Assembly (NCBI GenBank): GCA_000165345.1
Contig: CM000431.1
Coordinates: 384,001 to 448,000, forward strand
Reading direction: 5' to 3'
Length of the DNA: 64,000 nucleotides
The translations under genes were made by a program, and so were the position numbers. Under the pieces are notes generated by a model. The model did not search any database and was not told the origin of the DNA. It saw only the letters and a list, made by a program, of their open reading frames with translations. This document shows, one piece after another, positions 10,517-20,544 of this stretch (within the stretch, counting starts at the first letter, position 1; every line of letters starts with the position of its first letter).

Positions 10517-10560
10517 GTGGCGCCAAAGTCATGTATTTTGGTTAGTGTTTGGCGCCAATC
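10517..10560. promoter_or_regulatory. Pair of E2F-like boxes (GGTGGCGCCAAAG ... TTTGGCGCCAATC) upstream of the COG2-like gene.
   Basis: Two GGCGCCAA cores 30 nt apart, 270-310 nt upstream of ATG 10828. Confidence 0.55.
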
Positions 10561-10827
10561 TACAATAAATAATTAAGGGGTACCTATTATTTAAGGAGAA
10601 AAGAATGCAAAAAGGTTTGTAGAAAAATTGTTCAAGTCTAAGGGAGAATTTCTTAAGAAATATATAGTTTTGTAGAGTGAAGGCTGAAATATAAAATTTT
10701 TGTTTGAAGGTTCAAAGGTATTTTGGTAGTGGATCATGATCTTTTGATTGTGTGGGAATAAGTTAATAATATTAGAGTACACACTGAAGCTATTGAGTTA
10801 ATTAGTTGGAGGAGATTGTACAAGAAA

Positions 10828-13236
10828 ATGGAGAATTCTGCGATAAATCATCCTTTTAAGAAGAAACTGAATAGAGTACTAGAGCTAAAGCTAGGAGAGA
10901 ATGAGGAATTAATTAATGGGCTTATCAGCTTAGACACAGTAGATGATATATCTGAGGGGATCCCAAAGCACTTAGTTACTGAATTACTGAATACTAAAGG
11001 TCAAAACAAGTGTAGATCCATGCAGCTTTTAATATATAAGTACCATCTAATGGTTGCAGAGAGTTGTTTGGACTCTTTAAAACCTTTTATTGATGATTTG
11101 AGAGCAATGAATAATGAAATCAGATCATTTGAAAAGGAGTTTAATGAGAATGTTACAACTCAGCTAACAAACTGGAATAAATTTACTTTTCCCCTTTTGG
11201 AGGAGTTTAGCATGATACAAGATCAAATACAATTAGTAGAGAATAAGAAAAATATGTGTAATACAATGTTATCACACTTAAGTACCAATTTTGTGGGCGA
11301 TATTAAGAACTTAAAATCTTCCATGGATGAATCCAAGGGGAATCTCTTGTTATCTTTAGTTGCAATTTACAACAAATGTATGGCCAGCGAAATCAATTCC
11401 AAGAAACTGATTGAAATCCTTTCTGGTGATTCACTAGATTCACAAAATACTTCGGAATCTGTCCTCTCTAAGCTTAAGAGTGACCGTGAATACTCTAGTA
11501 TGATACCACAAATTCTGATTAATCTGAAAGCATTAATATTAGATTTGGAACTTAAAAGAAATCAGCTGGCGACTGAAATCACAAGCTTCTTGGTTGATCT
11601 AGTGATCTCTAAGTCACCTGATGAATTTAATGATCAATTTGAACAGTCACAGAATGATGAAGATGAGACAGAAGGAATAGAAAAAGGAACTGAAGAGAAA
11701 GTATGTATTTTTGGAAGTCAAAGCTTTCAGGAGTCTGTCGAAATACTCGAGCTTCATCATAAAGAACAGTGCCATTCTTTACTTACCTGCGTTGTTGAAA
11801 CCAGATCAAAGTACTTGGAATATAGATTTAACCATATTATTGGTCATGGAATTTCTATTGGAGACAACAACTATTCCTCTAATCTACTGGACTACCTGGA
11901 GTCTATTTTCGAATGGATTCGCGTTTGTGGAGTTTCCATTGAGTCTGAATTTCTTATTAAAGCCTTTGGCTATCAGATGTGTGAAGATTGTGAGTTTGAA
12001 GAAAAGCATCTGGACTTTAACCAAAGCGATACTTCTGAGCCAGAATCACTTGATAACATGGCCAAGAATATTTTAAATAGCATTACTCATACACTTTGTA
12101 TCCCCTTTTCTGGAGCAATCAGAGATATTCTTCGTCAGTTTCATCCTCCACAGACATCCAGGCCGGATTCCACTCATCATTTTGGTAACCTAACTTCTCT
12201 TAAGATAGGAATTACTATTGGAATTAAAATTGCACATTTAATCAATAATTATGTTGAGACATTAATTCCAATGTTTAAGATCCTACCTAAGAGATTTAGC
12301 TCAAAACCAAAACAAGCCCGTCTTGCATTTCCTTTACTTATTCAGCGTTTTAAAGATTTAAGAGAAGAAGCAATTGCTCAATATTATGTGTATGCGGGAA
12401 TTGTCAAAGAAAACATATCCTCTCGCATTTCTGAAATCATAACTACAGACTTTTCCATATCCATTTTGGTCATGGAATGGTCTTCCCTCTTAAAAGACAT
12501 CCTCTCTACAATACAAAATGGAGTTCTTGCGATTTCAAATGACAACATTCCAAAAATTGAGGACATTAACTCTACCCTAACATCTATGCTTGACACCTTT
12601 ATTAACCCTATGTTTAATGCTATCTGTTCAGTTGCTACTTCAGACAAAACTCCTCTTGCATCAATCATTCGGATCAATAACGTAAACTACTGCCTCTCAG
12701 TACTAACAACTTTTCAAAAAATGAAAGTCCTATTAGAGAAACAGATTGAAATTGCAAATCAAATTATCAATGATGAAGTTTCCAAACTAACTGATTTTTT
12801 AAAAGAAGAATTTTGTGATAAATATAGATTTGGGGAACTGCTTAAAGAGCTTGAAGCCAAAAAAGAAGGTTTAACAACCCCCCAAGTATTTGAGGGATCT
12901 GCTAATAGTAATACTGACCCCAAACTTGAACCTAATTCTAACTACAATAGTAGTGAAAGCGATCCAGGCCAGGACCCACTTTTAATACTATCACAGGTTA
13001 TCATTGATCAGTTCTTTGAAAGTATCTTACGATTTGGAGCCATCCCTTTTGCCAACGCTGATCGAATTCAAGATAAACAAATTAGAAATAATATTTTAAA
13101 AAACCTTTTCGCACACATTTCCCGCCAATACGAGTTAATATTTGACCAAATTACCCTAATTTGGCCTCAAAAAAGTTCTTTTCTCAGGCACGACCCTCAG
13201 CAAATTAAGCTTATTTTTTCTAGTTTGACCGTTTAG
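10828..13236 (+). CDS. Probable COG2/Vps51-family vesicle-tethering complex subunit (likely COG2).
   Basis: The N-terminal region MLSHLSTNFVGDIKNLKSSMDE matches the COG2/Vps51-domain signature (FVNLSTNLVGMDKAL). The protein is long and helical, consistent with the CATCHR tethering family. The track ORF starts at TTG 10816; the first ATG is at 10828. Confidence 0.45.
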   Translation: MENSAINHPFKKKLNRVLELKLGENEELINGLISLDTVDDISEGIPKHLVTELLNTKGQNKCRSMQLLIYKYHLMVAESCLDSLKPFIDDLRAMNNEIRSFEKEFNENVTTQLTNWNKFTFPLLEEFSMIQDQIQLVENKKNMCNTMLSHLSTNFVGDIKNLKSSMDESKGNLLLSLVAIYNKCMASEINSKKLIEILSGDSLDSQNTSESVLSKLKSDREYSSMIPQILINLKALILDLELKRNQLATEITSFLVDLVISKSPDEFNDQFEQSQNDEDETEGIEKGTEEKVCIFGSQSFQESVEILELHHKEQCHSLLTCVVETRSKYLEYRFNHIIGHGISIGDNNYSSNLLDYLESIFEWIRVCGVSIESEFLIKAFGYQMCEDCEFEEKHLDFNQSDTSEPESLDNMAKNILNSITHTLCIPFSGAIRDILRQFHPPQTSRPDSTHHFGNLTSLKIGITIGIKIAHLINNYVETLIPMFKILPKRFSSKPKQARLAFPLLIQRFKDLREEAIAQYYVYAGIVKENISSRISEIITTDFSISILVMEWSSLLKDILSTIQNGVLAISNDNIPKIEDINSTLTSMLDTFINPMFNAICSVATSDKTPLASIIRINNVNYCLSVLTTFQKMKVLLEKQIEIANQIINDEVSKLTDFLKEEFCDKYRFGELLKELEAKKEGLTTPQVFEGSANSNTDPKLEPNSNYNSSESDPGQDPLLILSQVIIDQFFESILRFGAIPFANADRIQDKQIRNNILKNLFAHISRQYELIFDQITLIWPQKSSFLRHDPQQIKLIFSSLTV

Positions 13237-13359
13237 TGAGGTTATTCTAGCATATACTAATTTACAAATATATTTATTAAAATCGTTCTCTATTATTTAC
13301 TCTTGATTTATTTATTTTTTCGCCTGCATTCACAATCAGGAAAAAACTAGTTATCTTCG

Positions 13360-13382
13360 TTTTCCCGCCTGCGCCACATGCA
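13360..13382. promoter_or_regulatory. E2F-like box TTTTCCCGCCTGCGCCACATGC upstream of the PPi-PFK gene.
   Basis: TTTCCCGCC (the reverse of GGCGGGAAA) plus GCGCCA, about 320 nt upstream of ATG 13691. Confidence 0.55.
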
Positions 13383-13690
13383 AAATATTTTCAAGTTGGC
13401 CCTAGACCGAGGAAATTGCATGTGAAAAGAAAATTATCGAAAAAAATTAATATCAATAATAAAATAAATAGGTTTTACATATCAGCTTTGGAATCGGATT
13501 TTAAAAGGGAATAAAGGGCTGGCTTACTTTTCTAGATTTTTTTTTAAGAAGAAATAGAGAAATTAAGAACAAGAGCCAGCAGAATATAGAAATATAATAT
13601 CAATAGAAAAATAGCAATCACAACTAAAAGGTAATATCAGAGATTAGCAATATATTACCAATTAATTCAAAACTAGGAAAATAAGTAACA

Positions 13691-16600
13691 ATGAGTAACT
13701 ATAAACAAACTGAACTAAAAAGAAACAAGGGCGATTCAAGAGATGTTTCACTACTTTCTGCTTCAAGCTTGCATGAAGGCCAATCAAACATGCAAATGTG
13801 GAGGAGAAGGTGGGAGCCATGCCTACCACACATACTAAGATCCCCGTTATCTATTAAGGAAGTTTCAGCTTTTGAAGGAATGGGGAAAATGGAAAGATCT
13901 GACGTTTCTGCCTATTTTCCTTTAACATCTGGAAACAGTTTGGTGAAGTTTGAGGCCATTTCAGATGGAAGTAGCTCATGGAAGAAGTTTCCCGCCAGAA
14001 GAATCGGAGTAGTATTATCGGGAGGTCAGGCCTCAGGAGGTCATAATGTGATTGCTGGATTAATGTCTTATATTAAACTTTGTAACCAAAGTAGTCAGCT
14101 TTTTGGATTTTTAGGAGGCCCAGAAGGAGTATATAGTGGGAGATACAGAGAGTTAACTGAAGATGATATTAACGGTATACTTAACCAGGGAGGGTTTAAT
14201 ATTATTTGTTCAGGCCGTCACAAAATTGAAACAGAAGAACAAATGAGAGCTTCCTTGGAGATTTGTGAAAAACTCAAATTACATGGCCTAGTAGTAATAG
14301 GAGGAGATGATTCTAATACAAATGCAGCAGTTCTAGCAGAATACTTCAAACGTAACTCGTCTAGTACAGTAGTTGTAGGATGTCCCAAGACCATAGATGG
14401 AGATTTGAAAAACGAGGTAATTGAGACATCTTTTGGTTATGATACAGCAGTGAAAACTTATAGTGAACAGATTGGAAGTATTATGGATGCAATTAAAACT
14501 GAGGGATACGGATACTATTTTGTAAGGTTGATGGGAAGATCTGCATCTCACATTACTTTAGAATGCGGTCTTCAGACTAGAGCGAATATGATCTTGATTG
14601 GAGAAGAAATTAAGGAAGAGAACAGATCTTTGATGTCGATAGTAGACGAAATTGTAGAAATGATTCTAAAAAGAGATTCACTGGGAAAGAAACATGGAAT
14701 TGTATTATTACCCGAAGGGTTAATAGAGTTTATTCCAGAATTTGAGACTTTAATCAAAGAATTAAATCTTATTTTGCTTAAAACTAACGATAGAAAACAG
14801 ATTATAGATAGCTTAAGTCAAGAAATGAAGACTCTTTTCTTGGAGCTTCCTTCAGATGTACAAAATCAGCTCCTTTTAGAAAGGGATCCACATGGTAACG
14901 TTCAAGTAGCAAAGATAGCAACAGAAGAGTTGTTAGTACACATGGCAAAAGAAAAACTTGAGAGGGTAAAGAAGGATTATATTTTAGACAATGTTAAGAC
15001 TCACTACTTTGGATATGAAGGAAGATGCGCTTTACCTTCAAATTTTGATGCAAGTTATTGCTTTGCTCTTGGACATACTGCAGCAGCTCTTATAGACAAT
15101 CAGCGTTCAGGATATATGGCAGTAGTCAGGAAGCTAAGCTTAACTCCTGAACAATGGGAACCAGCAGGATGTCCTCTTACATATATGATGAATATTGAGC
15201 TTAGAAAAGGGAAGTCTGTTCCCGTTATTAAGAAGTACTTAGTAGATCTTAAAGGACAATCTTACTTAGCTTATTGTCAAGTTAGATCTGAGTGGAAGTT
15301 GAATGATTATTACAGAAATCCAGGACCAATACAATTTGATGGTCCTAATTCCGGAGTAACTAATTATATGATTTCTCCTCCAAGAGTGGAGGATTTACTT
15401 AGAATGGAGGATAGATGCGAGAATAAAATGAGTCATAAATTATCAGGGTCAGAAAGCTCTCAAAATAGATCAAAGGACGACATGAAGATACAGAAGATCC
15501 TTCTTTCAACAGCTTCCAAGTTTAACGATGATCTAATCATTTCCTCCTCATGCAGAGATTTAGATGCTTACATTATTACTAAATGTTTACCTCATCAGAC
15601 TGGGAGACACAACAGCAAAATACTACAATTAAAAGAGGAGGAATACTCATCAGGATTCACAGAGATAAGAGAGAACAGCCAGTCAAAATCTTCCATGGGT
15701 AATTCACTAGCTTGTGAGTCACTTGGATTAATTCTATCATGCCTTTCAACTCCTGGTACTCAGAATGTAATTTGTGGACTAGTCAATGGACTACCATCGC
15801 TTAAACAGCTTATAGTTTTTAAGTCTCTCTCAGACTTTTCAGAAGGAAAAGCTCTAAAAGTCGATCTTACTTCCGAAGGATCATTGGCTTTCTTTGAGAA
15901 TTCTCTCAATTCTGGAGGCTGTATATTCCCAAATGGAGTAGAAATAAAAATGAATGTCTCAGAAAAAAAGAGCTCAAATACAACTTTAAAAGCTAATGAT
16001 AACCAAGAATTCACAAACAGCTCTTGCGTTCTTTCATGCAAAGGGCTAGTTAGTAATGACTTCCTCTCTCAACTCTTGTCATTTTTTAATATGCGTGCAA
16101 TTGCAATTGTGGGGAACAGTGAGGCGGCAACGTTTGGCGCCTCTATATCGGAGCAATTAATTTGCATGTCGTTAAATGGCATGAAGAGTGAGATCCCAGT
16201 AGTGTTTGTTCCAGTTTGCTTGGAAAACAGTATTTCTCATCAAATGATTGAGACATGTATTGGATTTGACTCTGTAACTAAGAGTATTTCAACTTTGGTT
16301 GGAAATCTGTTAACAGATTCAGCTTCAGCAACAAAGTATTGGTATTTCATGAAGATGATAGGCGATAAGACTTCAAATGTTGCTTTAGAGGTTGGAATAC
16401 AAACTCATCCAAATTTGGTTGTAATTCCAGAAAGATATGCAGATGGAAAACTTTCAGTTTATGGTTCAGAAATGGCTGGGGTCACTTTAGATGATATTAT
16501 TACTGAAATTTGTGATATAATTTGTTTGAGATCTAATCAGGGAAATAATTTTGGCGGGCTCCTGGTATCAGAAGGTCTTTTTGACCAGGTATACCCAACA

Positions 16601-17674
16601 AGAGAGTATAGGAAGATATTTTCAAGGTTTAGCACTCAGAATTTATGTAATGCTTCAAATTCAGGATGCGAGATTCTGGGTTCTGAAAGTTTAAGTAGAT
16701 ATGAGAAAAAAGTTGTTGAGGATTTCAAACTTATATTTAGTGATATAGATACGAGACTTATTGAGAATTTGATTAATTCAAGAAAGATATGTGATGTTAG
16801 GACTGAGATTATACTCTCAGCTCTGGTTCAAAAGGAACTCAAATTTAGAAGGTCTAAGAATAAAATTAAGAATGGGATGAACCCAGTGTGCTTTAGTTTT
16901 ACAGATCAAGTCAGAGCTTGTATCCCTTCTGATTTTGACTCTACACTTGGATTAATGTACGGAATGCTTGCATCAAAAATAATTAATAGTAACTTGGTTG
17001 GGGGATATGTTACGGGGATTAAGGGGGTATTGAGCCAGACAGATAGTTGGAATATGTATGCTATTCCTATTTCCTCTTTAATGACTTTAAATATTGAAGG
17101 AGATAAAATACAGGATTCAAGAAACAACTCAAATCTTTCATTTGAATCAAAGAAACTTCTAACCGAATCTACACTAGGAAATGCTGGCCATCAACTTGAA
17201 TTCATATGCAAACTGAATTCCGTTAATTTGCGCAATAACCCTTCATTTAAACTTTTAATGAACCACATTGAAAAATGGGAAGTCGATAATACTTATGCTA
17301 ATCCAGGCCCTATTCAATACTTTAATCTATTCAAAAATTTATTCAACAGAACACTATTTGAAAGTGAATACGTTTATACGCGAAACCTAAAAGAAATGGA
17401 TCAAATATTACTTGAAATTAAGACATTATGCCAATTAGGTGTTGAAAAGGATATTTTAAACTCTACTATACAACACTTAAAGGCAATTCAAAATTCTATT
17501 TCAATAATGAGCAGCTGTAACCACAGAAAATCTAAACCAGAACAAATAGAATGCATACAGAAAACAAACTCAATAGCAAACTACACATCAAACTTAAAAT
17601 GCAAAAGCAATAATAATGAAACCAATCTGGAAATGATTGTTAACAATATTATTAATCAGGAAACTTGCAATTAA
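13691..17674 (+). CDS. Pyrophosphate-dependent phosphofructokinase (PPi-PFK), a fused two-domain long form.
   Basis: The N-terminal catalytic half carries GGDDSNTNA, TIDGD and MGRSASHITLECGL. The C-terminal half is a divergent second PFK-like domain. The 1327-aa double-domain form is typical of apicomplexan PPi-PFKs. Confidence 0.9.
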   Translation: MSNYKQTELKRNKGDSRDVSLLSASSLHEGQSNMQMWRRRWEPCLPHILRSPLSIKEVSAFEGMGKMERSDVSAYFPLTSGNSLVKFEAISDGSSSWKKFPARRIGVVLSGGQASGGHNVIAGLMSYIKLCNQSSQLFGFLGGPEGVYSGRYRELTEDDINGILNQGGFNIICSGRHKIETEEQMRASLEICEKLKLHGLVVIGGDDSNTNAAVLAEYFKRNSSSTVVVGCPKTIDGDLKNEVIETSFGYDTAVKTYSEQIGSIMDAIKTEGYGYYFVRLMGRSASHITLECGLQTRANMILIGEEIKEENRSLMSIVDEIVEMILKRDSLGKKHGIVLLPEGLIEFIPEFETLIKELNLILLKTNDRKQIIDSLSQEMKTLFLELPSDVQNQLLLERDPHGNVQVAKIATEELLVHMAKEKLERVKKDYILDNVKTHYFGYEGRCALPSNFDASYCFALGHTAAALIDNQRSGYMAVVRKLSLTPEQWEPAGCPLTYMMNIELRKGKSVPVIKKYLVDLKGQSYLAYCQVRSEWKLNDYYRNPGPIQFDGPNSGVTNYMISPPRVEDLLRMEDRCENKMSHKLSGSESSQNRSKDDMKIQKILLSTASKFNDDLIISSSCRDLDAYIITKCLPHQTGRHNSKILQLKEEEYSSGFTEIRENSQSKSSMGNSLACESLGLILSCLSTPGTQNVICGLVNGLPSLKQLIVFKSLSDFSEGKALKVDLTSEGSLAFFENSLNSGGCIFPNGVEIKMNVSEKKSSNTTLKANDNQEFTNSSCVLSCKGLVSNDFLSQLLSFFNMRAIAIVGNSEAATFGASISEQLICMSLNGMKSEIPVVFVPVCLENSISHQMIETCIGFDSVTKSISTLVGNLLTDSASATKYWYFMKMIGDKTSNVALEVGIQTHPNLVVIPERYADGKLSVYGSEMAGVTLDDIITEICDIICLRSNQGNNFGGLLVSEGLFDQVYPTREYRKIFSRFSTQNLCNASNSGCEILGSESLSRYEKKVVEDFKLIFSDIDTRLIENLINSRKICDVRTEIILSALVQKELKFRRSKNKIKNGMNPVCFSFTDQVRACIPSDFDSTLGLMYGMLASKIINSNLVGGYVTGIKGVLSQTDSWNMYAIPISSLMTLNIEGDKIQDSRNNSNLSFESKKLLTESTLGNAGHQLEFICKLNSVNLRNNPSFKLLMNHIEKWEVDNTYANPGPIQYFNLFKNLFNRTLFESEYVYTRNLKEMDQILLEIKTLCQLGVEKDILNSTIQHLKAIQNSISIMSSCNHRKSKPEQIECIQKTNSIANYTSNLKCKSNNNETNLEMIVNNIINQETCN

Positions 17675-17686
17675 TTCAATTACACA

Positions 17687-17710
17687 TTTTGGCGGTAAGG
17701 CGCCAAAATG
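17687..17710. promoter_or_regulatory. Near-palindromic E2F-like doublet TTTTGGCGGTAAGGCGCCAAAATG.
   Basis: An inverted pair TTTTGGCGG / CGCCAAAA lying between the PFK stop codon (17674) and the SRP RNA terminator (17733-17742). Confidence 0.45.
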
Positions 17711-17737
17711 TGTGCAATCATATATTTTACGAAAAAT

Positions 17738-18040
17738 TTAGTCCGAGATGAATCTCGCGAATCACTGAGATGCCAGGAAGTTACACAACTACTGTTATCC
17801 TTACACCGTACTACAGCGAACCCTTTTCCGTGCTCTGTTTCCAGCCTCCGGCGGTACGGGTTTCACTATCTCACAAGTCACCTCGGTCTCCACCAAGGCA
17901 ACTCTAGAGACTGCAGCCTTGTAATGGGCAGCCATCGTGCAATGTTACTTCCGGGATGTAGTGACACAGTATCCCATCCTAAACCTTTAACGACTCCACT
18001 TGGTTACAGCTGGGCGTTATCCCAGCCAGTCACTATCTAA
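17738..18040 (-). ncRNA. Signal recognition particle RNA (7SL / SRP RNA).
   Basis: A GC-rich island in AT-rich DNA. The minus-strand transcript contains GGCUGGAAACAGAGCACGGAAAAGGGUUCGCUGUAGUA, which aligns to the conserved helix-8 region of human 7SL (GGUCGGAAACGGAGCAGGUCAAAACUCCCGUGCUGAUCAGUA). A 5' Alu-like domain (GGCUGGG...CCCAGCUGUAACC) is present. A TTTTT pol III terminator lies on the minus strand (plus strand 17733-17737). A TATA-like TATTTAATAAT sits about 20-30 nt upstream of the 5' end. The ends are approximate, within about 5 nt. Confidence 0.7.
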
Positions 18041-18249
18041 TGTTTTAGAATTTAGATTATTAAATACTTTACAATACTTTTGAATGACGGCTATTATTTG
18101 GCGGGAACTTACAGCTCATTTATTTTATATTTGTGAAATAGAGGGGGTGGTAAGAATATAAAAAATAAGCTGATATAATCATTGAAATTATTACAATTAT
18201 TGTTAGAATTGGCTGAGTGAAGATATTTCACAGTTAGTTCTCGATCAAA

Positions 18250-18468
18250 ATGTCTGCTCTATTCAATTTTCAAAGCATGATTGTGGTGGTCTTGCTGTCA
18301 ATATGTACATGCTCGTATTTACGTCCAAAAATTCCAGGCTTAATAGACAATAAAAAGTCAGGTTTTTTGGGAATTCTAGGTAAAATGGCGGTTATTGGAG
18401 ATAGACTTAGCCCATATGTGTCATTCGCATGCATTCTAATGGCAGGCATGACATTATTCTATAGATAA
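18250..18468 (+). CDS. Protein kish (TMEM167 homologue), a small 2-TM secretory-pathway protein.
   Basis: MSALFNFQSMIVVVLLSICTCSYLRPKIPGLIDNKKSGFLGILGKMAVIGDRLSPYVSFACILMAGMTLF is near-collinear with human TMEM167A ([61 protein letters not shown]...). Confidence 0.85.
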   Translation: MSALFNFQSMIVVVLLSICTCSYLRPKIPGLIDNKKSGFLGILGKMAVIGDRLSPYVSFACILMAGMTLFYR

Positions 18469-18672
18469 TTCATTTCAAGGTTTTGTAATACATTTATGAC
18501 TACAAAATGAGTCTCACTCAAAATATCAGAAAGTTATACTTTGAGATTTTCAGGAATTATAAAGCTTAAAAGTTATCCATAATTGTAGCAAATTAAATAG
18601 ATATTTTAAATTAAATATTTTCTAAGTACTAAATATTTATCGTTAAGTTTGTGTAATAGGAATTTGTTCCGG

Positions 18673-19167
18673 CTACTTCAAACCAAATCTTAATTTTCTT
18701 GCTTGGATCTTCTTTTCATGATCTGGATCATTTACTCTTGACATTGTTCCAAACCTTTCTCTTCTATTTTTAATTTTGTCAGCTTCTGATATCATTCCAA
18801 ATCTTTCTTGTCTAAGCTTTCTCTTATCATCTTCTGACGTAGAACCAAATCTTTTTGAACGAGCAAGCCTTTTCTCAGCTTCTGTGGATGGGCCACATGC
18901 TCCAAACTTCTGTCTTCTTAATTCAACTCTTTCTTTTTCAGAAAGTTGGTTAACATCACTTATACATATTGTTTGTCTTACTGGCTCAGAAATGCTTACA
19001 TTCTTTTCTCCTTGATCAGTTTTTACTTCATTACTAGAATTAGTCATTGGCTCATCAAATTCCTCTTTCTCTGCTGATACAGATGTAGTAGCAGTAGCGG
19101 CTGGTACTGTACTATCTGTATGGTTATTTTGTGAGTCATAATCAATCAATGCTTGAACTAGTTGTTG
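18673..19167 (-). CDS. SARNP/CIP29/Tho1-like protein, exon 2 of 2.
   Basis: Acceptor TTTTTAG|CAA continues the SAP helix in phase 0 (QQLVQALIDY...). The C-terminus carries five RFG repeats (RRQKFGA, SKRFGS, RQERFGM, RRERFGT, RKLRFGL), as in human SARNP (RAERFN, RAARFGI, RAQRFGL, RKERFGI, RAERFGI). The track ORF 18673..19149 is this exon with a TTG pseudo-start. Confidence 0.65.
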   Translation of the reverse strand, partial: QQLVQALIDYDSQNNHTDSTVPAATATTSVSAEKEEFDEPMTNSSNEVKTDQGEKNVSISEPVRQTICISDVNQLSEKERVELRRQKFGACGPSTEAEKRLARSKRFGSTSEDDKRKLRQERFGMISEADKIKNRRERFGTMSRVNDPDHEKKIQARKLRFGLK

Positions 19168-19241
19168 CTAAAAAACAGAAAAAATTACAATTAATATTCA
19201 AATTTCATTACAGATTAAGATTAAAGTCAATTATCACATAC

Positions 19242-19319
19242 CTTTCTCCCAGTAACAGATAAGCCTCTTTCTTTTAATAGCTCCTTCAACTCATCAATCT
19301 TTAAAGTATTATAGTTCAT
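19242..19319 (-). CDS. SARNP/CIP29/Tho1-like SAP-domain protein, exon 1 of 2.
   Basis: ATG is at minus-strand 19319-19317. Exon 1 encodes MNYNTLKIDELKELLKERGLSVTGRK, a canonical SAP motif (LxxLKVxELRxELxxRGLxxxGxK). It ends at the donor AAG|GTATGT. The intron is 74 nt (19168..19241). Confidence 0.65.
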
Positions 19320-19866
19320 TTGACTAAAAGGCTTCGAATCTTAATTATGAATATATAAAAAGCTTTATGTAAATTCAACTTCCTTGTTTTTCTTTATTTG
19401 GCTTTCACAATTTTTGCCAAACTAGTTTTTTCATTTGATTATAACTTCTATTAAGAAAAAATGCTATCAGTTTGGCGCCTTTTAAGAAAATATTTAAATG
19501 AAAATAATAAAATATATGAAAGGATTTAAATGGTTAAAAAGAAAAAAAAGTAAATTTAGAAATAGTGAAACAAAGTGGGATATTTAAAATAATTACCTTT
19601 TAGATGGTTTGATTCATTTTAGCACTGCTTTTGAGCCAAAATCGATGCTTTAAATACTTATAGTTTAATTATCCCCCCTTAATTTGCTATTATAATAGTT
19701 TTAAATATGCATTATATGAATAGAACCTAAAGTAAAGATTGATAATATGCTTAATACAAATTTGGTTTCAATAAAAGCGGCCCACAATCTCCTTATTTGG
19801 AATGAAAATAGGCATTATTGCAACTTGCAAATGAGTGTAATATAGTGAATGTGTCAATTTCCGTAC

Positions 19867-20544
19867 TTAACGGGGAATTTTTCGAGATTTAAAGACAATT
19901 TTTATCTTTTCATTTTTCGCTTTTTGATAATCAGAAGTACTCTTCTCATTAAATTGTTGTTCTTCAAAGCTTCCTTCAATATCGGAAATACATGAGTAGA
20001 CTTTTTGGGATAAACTATTCTTTTTGATCTGGACACATCCTTCAATAGGCTTAAATGGGTTCGGGATTTGAGTATGATCTTGTTGTTCTAAGGTAATATT
20101 TCCTAAAAAGGCAGATTCAGACTCTTTAACTTCTTCCCATTTCCCAATAATTCCCATTTCGTTCGTTTTGTCATGGCTTTCATTATGATCTTTTTTTTCA
20201 AAAATATTCTTTGAATCATCAAAGGTATAATTGGCTGTGAAAACATTATCTCCAAAAGTGGTAGAACTTCCTGATCTGACTTCCTTATCTATCAGTTTGA
20301 TTCTTTTCTTTTCACGATTAGAAGTTTGCTCGACCCCTTGTAACTTCATAAACTCCTTTCGGACCTCTTCCTCATCTTTTTTCTTCTGTAGTTCCCTATA
20401 GTTTTCACTTTTCAACAACTTTCTTAAATTATAGTTGTGCCTTCCGCCTTCTTGGTGGCTTCTTATATTATTTGGATGATTTTCTATCCAAATTTTGCAA
20501 ACTTGACAATAATGTTTATTGTTTACCTCTTTGTTCCTCCTCAT
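19867..20544 (-). CDS. U1-type (matrin-type) C2H2 zinc-finger protein, WBP4/FBP21-like N-terminus.
   Basis: KHYCQVCKIWIENHPNNIRSHQEGGRHNYN compares with WBP4 KFCDYCKCWIADNRPSVEFHERGKNHKENV. The rest is charged and low-complexity. Confidence 0.55.
   Translation of the reverse strand: MRRNKEVNNKHYCQVCKIWIENHPNNIRSHQEGGRHNYNLRKLLKSENYRELQKKKDEEEVRKEFMKLQGVEQTSNREKKRIKLIDKEVRSGSSTTFGDNVFTANYTFDDSKNIFEKKDHNESHDKTNEMGIIGKWEEVKESESAFLGNITLEQQDHTQIPNPFKPIEGCVQIKKNSLSQKVYSCISDIEGSFEEQQFNEKSTSDYQKAKNEKIKIVFKSRKIPR

Noticed and set aside
17708-18040. 110-aa plus-strand ORF (MCAIIYFTKNLVRDESRESLRCQEV...).
   Set aside because: It coincides exactly with the GC-rich island that, read on the opposite strand, carries SRP RNA helix-8 and Alu-domain signatures. 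It has no protein features and is best explained as an ncRNA gene.
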